A DNA stretch of 64,000 nt from the human T2T-CHM13v2.0 reference genome, Homo sapiens, in NCBI RefSeq assembly GCF_009914755.1, contig NC_060935.1; one strand, 5' to 3'. Below, one piece after another: positions 58,816 through 64,000 of this stretch. The notes under the pieces were generated by a model. The model did not search any database. It was not told the DNA's origin and worked only from the letters and a program-made list of their open reading frames with translations. The position numbers and the translations under genes were made by a program. The first letter of the stretch is position 1, and each line of letters opens with the position of its first letter.

Positions 58816-59490
58816 TAATGGTTTAAGTCTATTGTTGTATTGTTGTGACTATATGCCAATGCTTATTCAGAGATAATTTATATAAAGTCAAATTTGAAAT
58901 CTTTTGTGAATGTGAGGCCGCTGGGAAATGACTGACCCCCTCCACCCTCCCCGTGACCCTGCCCTGAGGCCCTGATCTCTCCTTGTATATGAGAAGGCTT
59001 TAGGAGTGTTTAAGGTTTGGCTCATCTTATCTTCTCCCCACTACCTTGTCGCTGTGTAACTTTTTAGGACCTGAGCTCAAAGCATGGGGAAAGTGAGAAG
59101 AAAATCCCAGAGTCCATTTACAGTATGTGTAGGAACAGCAAAGGCCTCACAAAGAGGGGAACTTCTCTGCAGGAAGTGCGTTTATTTCGCAATTTACAAA
59201 GGAAAAGGGAAACCTTTCTGGAGTGTGCTTTGCCCTCCAAGGCCACAGGATTTAAACCTCTCTGCCACACCACCATTGCTTTGAATGAATTATAGGGGCC
59301 AATTATCCAGTGAGCATGTGTTTCCTCTATTGGAACAGACTCCATGGTGCTTTCAGTACCTTTCTAGAAGGTCAGGGTGGGGGGATCTTGCCAAGGTCAG
59401 CCAGAAGCATCCTATATGACTGTATGAAGACCCAAAGTCTTCATAAAGAGAAGGGAGAGGGGTGGCAGGCAAGGACAAGAAAGGAAGTGA

Positions 59491-59803
<313 letters not shown>

Positions 59804-61046
59804 TGGAGCCACTTATTAACTCCATCTGGCCACAACCAACAGCTCACCCAAGACATTTGCAGAGTGGATTTGGGATCACAGAACACATCTCAGAAAGAGG
59901 CACATGAAAATCCAGCTCCGGTTCTGCCACAGTGGGGTGCAGGAGCCCAGTGGGATAATTCCACACTTTCATTTTGCTGGCTCTAGTTCCTAGCAGATCA
60001 TTAAATGGACATCAAGAGCTGTCCCAGGTGTTGGGAATTATACGATAGAAGGGTTTCCCAGCTAGGAAGTGAAATAAATCATGGAATGAATGCCCACAGA
60101 CAAAGGGAAGTGCCTATCAGCACTAGGCCAGTGAACAACCTGGGAGCCACAAGAGCGTAAACCAGAGAGGGTTGATGCTGCCAGTTTATATGCTTCTGCC
60201 TAACTGTTACTGTGAATTGGGAGCCAGGGAGCAACGTCTGTAGCATCTTGAACTGAAAAAGAATCGCCATGGTGTTCCCAAGTTTGTCTTCTTTATATTC
60301 TTTATTATCACCATCACCTTGACCTTCACCATCAACATTGCTATCATCATTATCGATCATTTTTATCATCATCCCTGGCCTATGCACAGTCTCTCACAGT
60401 TTACAGAGAACTTCTGCACCTGTTATGACAATTGGATCATCACACTTACTCTTTGATGTGGACACAGCAGGATTAGTATCTCCATTTTTCCAAAGTGTAA
60501 ACCAAGGCTTAGAAAAGGTAAATGGCAGGCCCTAAGTCATACTCAAGTTCAGGTCTAATGTAAGTACTGTCAATTTACAACACTAAAACTTTACCCTGAG
60601 AATATCAAAATACTTAACAACTGATAAGGTATGGGTACTGACCAGTCAGGATAAACACCAGCCATAAACAGTGGATGTGGCCATTCTGATTCATGTATTT
60701 GACTATCTCCCAGATGTTTGACCCAAAGCCACTACTCTCAACACTACAACTGTGTATCTTTGGGTCCTTCTCTGCCACTTCACATAAGCTCTTCTGTTCC
60801 CAAATAACACTGCAAGATGAGGCCCTAAGAGGTGAGATGGTGAATTATTATAATAAAGAGGGGGCTCTCAATCTTGTCTTCCTTGATGATCTTAAGACAA
60901 GGAAGAGGGGAAAATGGCTTAAGGTGGTTCTAGAGGACATGACAGCTAGGACATGGGATTGTGAGCTGAGAGAAGTCGCCACTCTTGAGAGCTGGAAGGT
61001 TGACTTTAGACCAAGTCTTTAGGGTGTCATGAGGGAATCACAGGGT

Positions 61047-61331
<285 letters not shown>

Positions 61332-61709
61332 TAATCAAAGGGTTTTAGATAGGAGAAAAAGCCAGGAATCAGGAGCCAGGTGGAAATAAGATTGGAGTGG
61401 GAGCCAATTGGGAATCAAATGAGAAACCTAGTTTCCCACCGGAAGAGTCTGCTACTTGCTTCTCTTGGTATCTGGCAAGTAGATATGTTGGCTTAGATAC
61501 AAGGATGGGGGTAGATAACAGGTAGTCAGTGCTTTCATCAAAGCTAACAGAAAATGTGCACAATATGAACTCAGAAATTAATAGAAGTTCATCAGATTTT
61601 CACTTTCTCAGAAGCTATTCTATTTTCCATTAAAGAATGCTAATTTTTCTATTTTTCTTTAGTTTTATCAACTCTTCCTATGTACTCTTCTTTGAAAAAG
61701 ATCTTTTTT

Positions 61710-62014
61710 GGTCAGGCCTGGTGACTCACACCTGTAATCCCAGCATTTGGGGAGGCCAAGGCAAGTAGATCACTTGAGCCCAAGAGTTCAGGACCAGCCT
61801 GGTCCACATTATGAAACCTGGTTTCTACCAAAAATACGAAAAAATTAGCCAGGAGTGGTGGCACATGCCTGTAGTCCCAGCTACTTAGGGGGCTGAGGTG
61901 GGAGGATTACCTGAGCTCAGGAGGTTGAGGCTGCAATAACCTGTGATCACATCACTGCACTCCAGCCTAGTGGACCAAAGTGAGACCCTGTCTGAAAAAA
62001 AAAAAAAAAGAAAA
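61710..62014 (+). mobile_element. AluJb
   Basis: J-type dimeric Alu; TSD gaaaa(a/c)gatctt. Confidence 0.93.
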
Positions 62015-63105
62015 CGATCTTCTTAAATTCAAAAGTAATATTCACTCATGAAGAAAAATTAATACAGATAAGCAAAAAAAGAAAAAGAAAATTAAAATCA
62101 CCTACAATTTCTCTATTAAGAAATAACATGGCTTAATATGTTTATATACATCCTTCCTGACATTGTCCCATGGCATAAAACTATCATCATAATTATTATG
62201 ATTTACAAAAATTTAGCTATTTTATGCCTAATGTTTTGTCTACCTACCATTCTTGAAGTTCAGGGTCATTATCTTTGTTTGACAACATAGACTTAATATG
62301 AGGAGTCTGAAAATATTTTATTGCTTTGGTATCTTGTTGATATCATAAAATCAGAGACAGAATAATATTTATTAGAAACATCCAAGCACAGGGCTCAGAA
62401 ACAAATCGCTGGTGCCTGAGCAGCGTTCTGTGTTTTCAAAGTGGCCATGTAAAACACGAAGCCCAGTGGAACTATATATCACCACTACATAAACAATAAT
62501 AACAATTTTTGATTTATATCTTCATATTTTCTGCCTTGTTCTTGCAGAAAAGTTGGTAAAAGCTGATTAGACTGTTACACCTACTTTTTTAGCAGATGGA
62601 AGATAGGAGAAAATATTACCACAATGAAAGCGGGGGAAAGCCCAAAGGAAAATGTGTTTTTTAAAAATCGAGGACTTGTCAGCATGATGCACAGCTCTGA
62701 AGATTAGAGCAAAGCAAAACAAATGTGTGAGTTATTTCTTGGATCAAAAGTTTCAATCATCTTTTGAGGTTACTTCTCAGGTATTGGGATATCTATAAAT
62801 GCTAAACAAGATGGCAAACTAAAAAAAAAAAATTTAATCCAGAATGAGGGGCTTTCAGGTAAAATGGTCTTTAGCCATGTTTCTGGCTGTGGTCTTCATC
62901 AAAAGAATTTCTATCAGCAGGGGGAGTACAGTTTAACATTAAGATGAAGGGGTTTTTCTTTTTTATGATTATAATCCTGCTGAATTGATATGAAGCAGAA
63001 ATGTGTGCAGAGATATTACACCAAACAAAGGGCCCTGTTTCTCTGTTTAAACAGAGGCACCCAGAGGAAATTATTCTGCAGGATTTTTGAGAATACATAG
63101 TATTC

Positions 63106-63154
63106 TTAGGTCGGTGCAAAAGTAATTGCAGTTTTTGCCATTGAAAGTAATGGC
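63106..63154. mobile_element. Truncated MADE1 (Hsmar1 MITE)
   Basis: ttaggtcggtgcaaaagtaattgcagtttttgccattgaaagtaatggc: one TIR, spacer and a stub of the second TIR. Confidence 0.9.
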
Positions 63155-63784
63155 CAATAATATTACGTGATAATGGCCAGTAGTATTATGTGATTACTTC
63201 TAATAAAATTTCCTCACAAAAAGTGCTTGGTTAATTAAATTTTGTATGCTGTAGGGTTCTAACAATTTCAGAATCCATTGATTCAGAATTTATGACATTT
63301 TAAGCATAGCACACCTGAGTCTTATTGGGTTTTTAAAAGGGCTGCTGATCAACCCCCTAGTGTTTATTGACATTTACTTGTCCAGAACTCAAACAACCAC
63401 TCTCTGGGTTAGAAGACAACTTCTGTTCTCAGAGAGCCTACATCTTCATTGACGAGAAAAGTCTTACTCATATGAAAACACAAGACCAAGAGAACACTAT
63501 GTTGAGCTGCCATTGCAAAGGTTTCAGAAAAGAAAAATAAAATTGTTATGGGCTGGAGAACTGAATCCTGACACCGATTTTTACATGCTAAAAGCAATAA
63601 GAAGAGGAAAGAAAAGAAAACCAAAAAGAGCAAAAATGGATGTTCTACTCCATGGTTTCACATTTTATGAAAAACAGAAATGGAAGAAAATCCAGGCAAA
63701 AGGTGATGTCAAATGGGGGTAACAGAATCGGCAAAAAGTGGAAAGGATGCTGGGAACAGAAGAAACATTTACGACGCTCTTTAA

Positions 63785-63922
63785 AAAAATATTTACGGAG
63801 CACCTATTATGTGCCAGACACTATAGTAGGTGTTACAGATTAAGGTCAATAAGATAGACATGGCCTGGTCCTCATGGGGCTTAAGTGAGTGGAAGGGGCA
63901 ATAACCAAGTAAACAAATAAAT
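63785..63922 (-). mobile_element. L2 3' fragment
   Basis: aatatttacggagcacctattatgtgccagacact...cctcatggggctta. Confidence 0.7.
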
Positions 63923-63924
63923 AG

Positions 63925-64000
63925 GCCTAAAACTATAAAATATTTAGAAGAAAACGTAGAAATAAATCTTTGTGGCGTTGGTTCAGGTGATGGTTTCTTA
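63925..64000 (+). mobile_element. L1 ORF2 fragment running off the window
   Basis: ctaaaactataaaatatttagaagaaaac (KTIKxLEEN motif). Confidence 0.75.

Noticed and set aside
60290-60375. Asp/Gly-rich ORF segment (60079-60387)
   Set aside because: Product of a degenerate (ATC/ACC)n low-complexity tract.
63106-63154. miR-548 family precursor
   Set aside because: Most of the second inverted arm is missing, so the canonical hairpin cannot form.

Overview
Repeat-rich, non-coding primate genomic DNA, intergenic or deep intronic. It is most likely human, since one Alu carries AluYa5 diagnostic bases. I find no credible protein-coding gene, processed pseudogene, structural RNA gene or CpG island; the supplied ORFs are Alu/L1/LTR-derived or chance frames. 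The window holds about 38 Alu elements or fragments (FLAM/FRAM, J, S, Y), fossil L1 pieces, many MIR and L2 remnants, solo LTRs (MLT1, MLT2, MST, THE1, LTR16, LTR10), DNA-transposon MITEs (MER5A, MER33, MER58B, Tigger3, MADE1) and several STRs. Subfamily names come from recalled consensus sequences, and boundaries of old repeats are approximate. I see no evidence of a new biological system. The most notable items are (1) a mosaic Alu whose right arm is a perfect AluYa5 and whose left arm is a decayed AluY, (2) an LTR10 solo LTR with its AP-1 tandem repeat, (3) several templated fold-back or scrambled repair scars inside repeats, (4) repeat-free motif-dense islands that may be enhancers, and (5) a candidate orphan exon at 5765-5991. 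The chromosomal locus cannot be identified from sequence alone.
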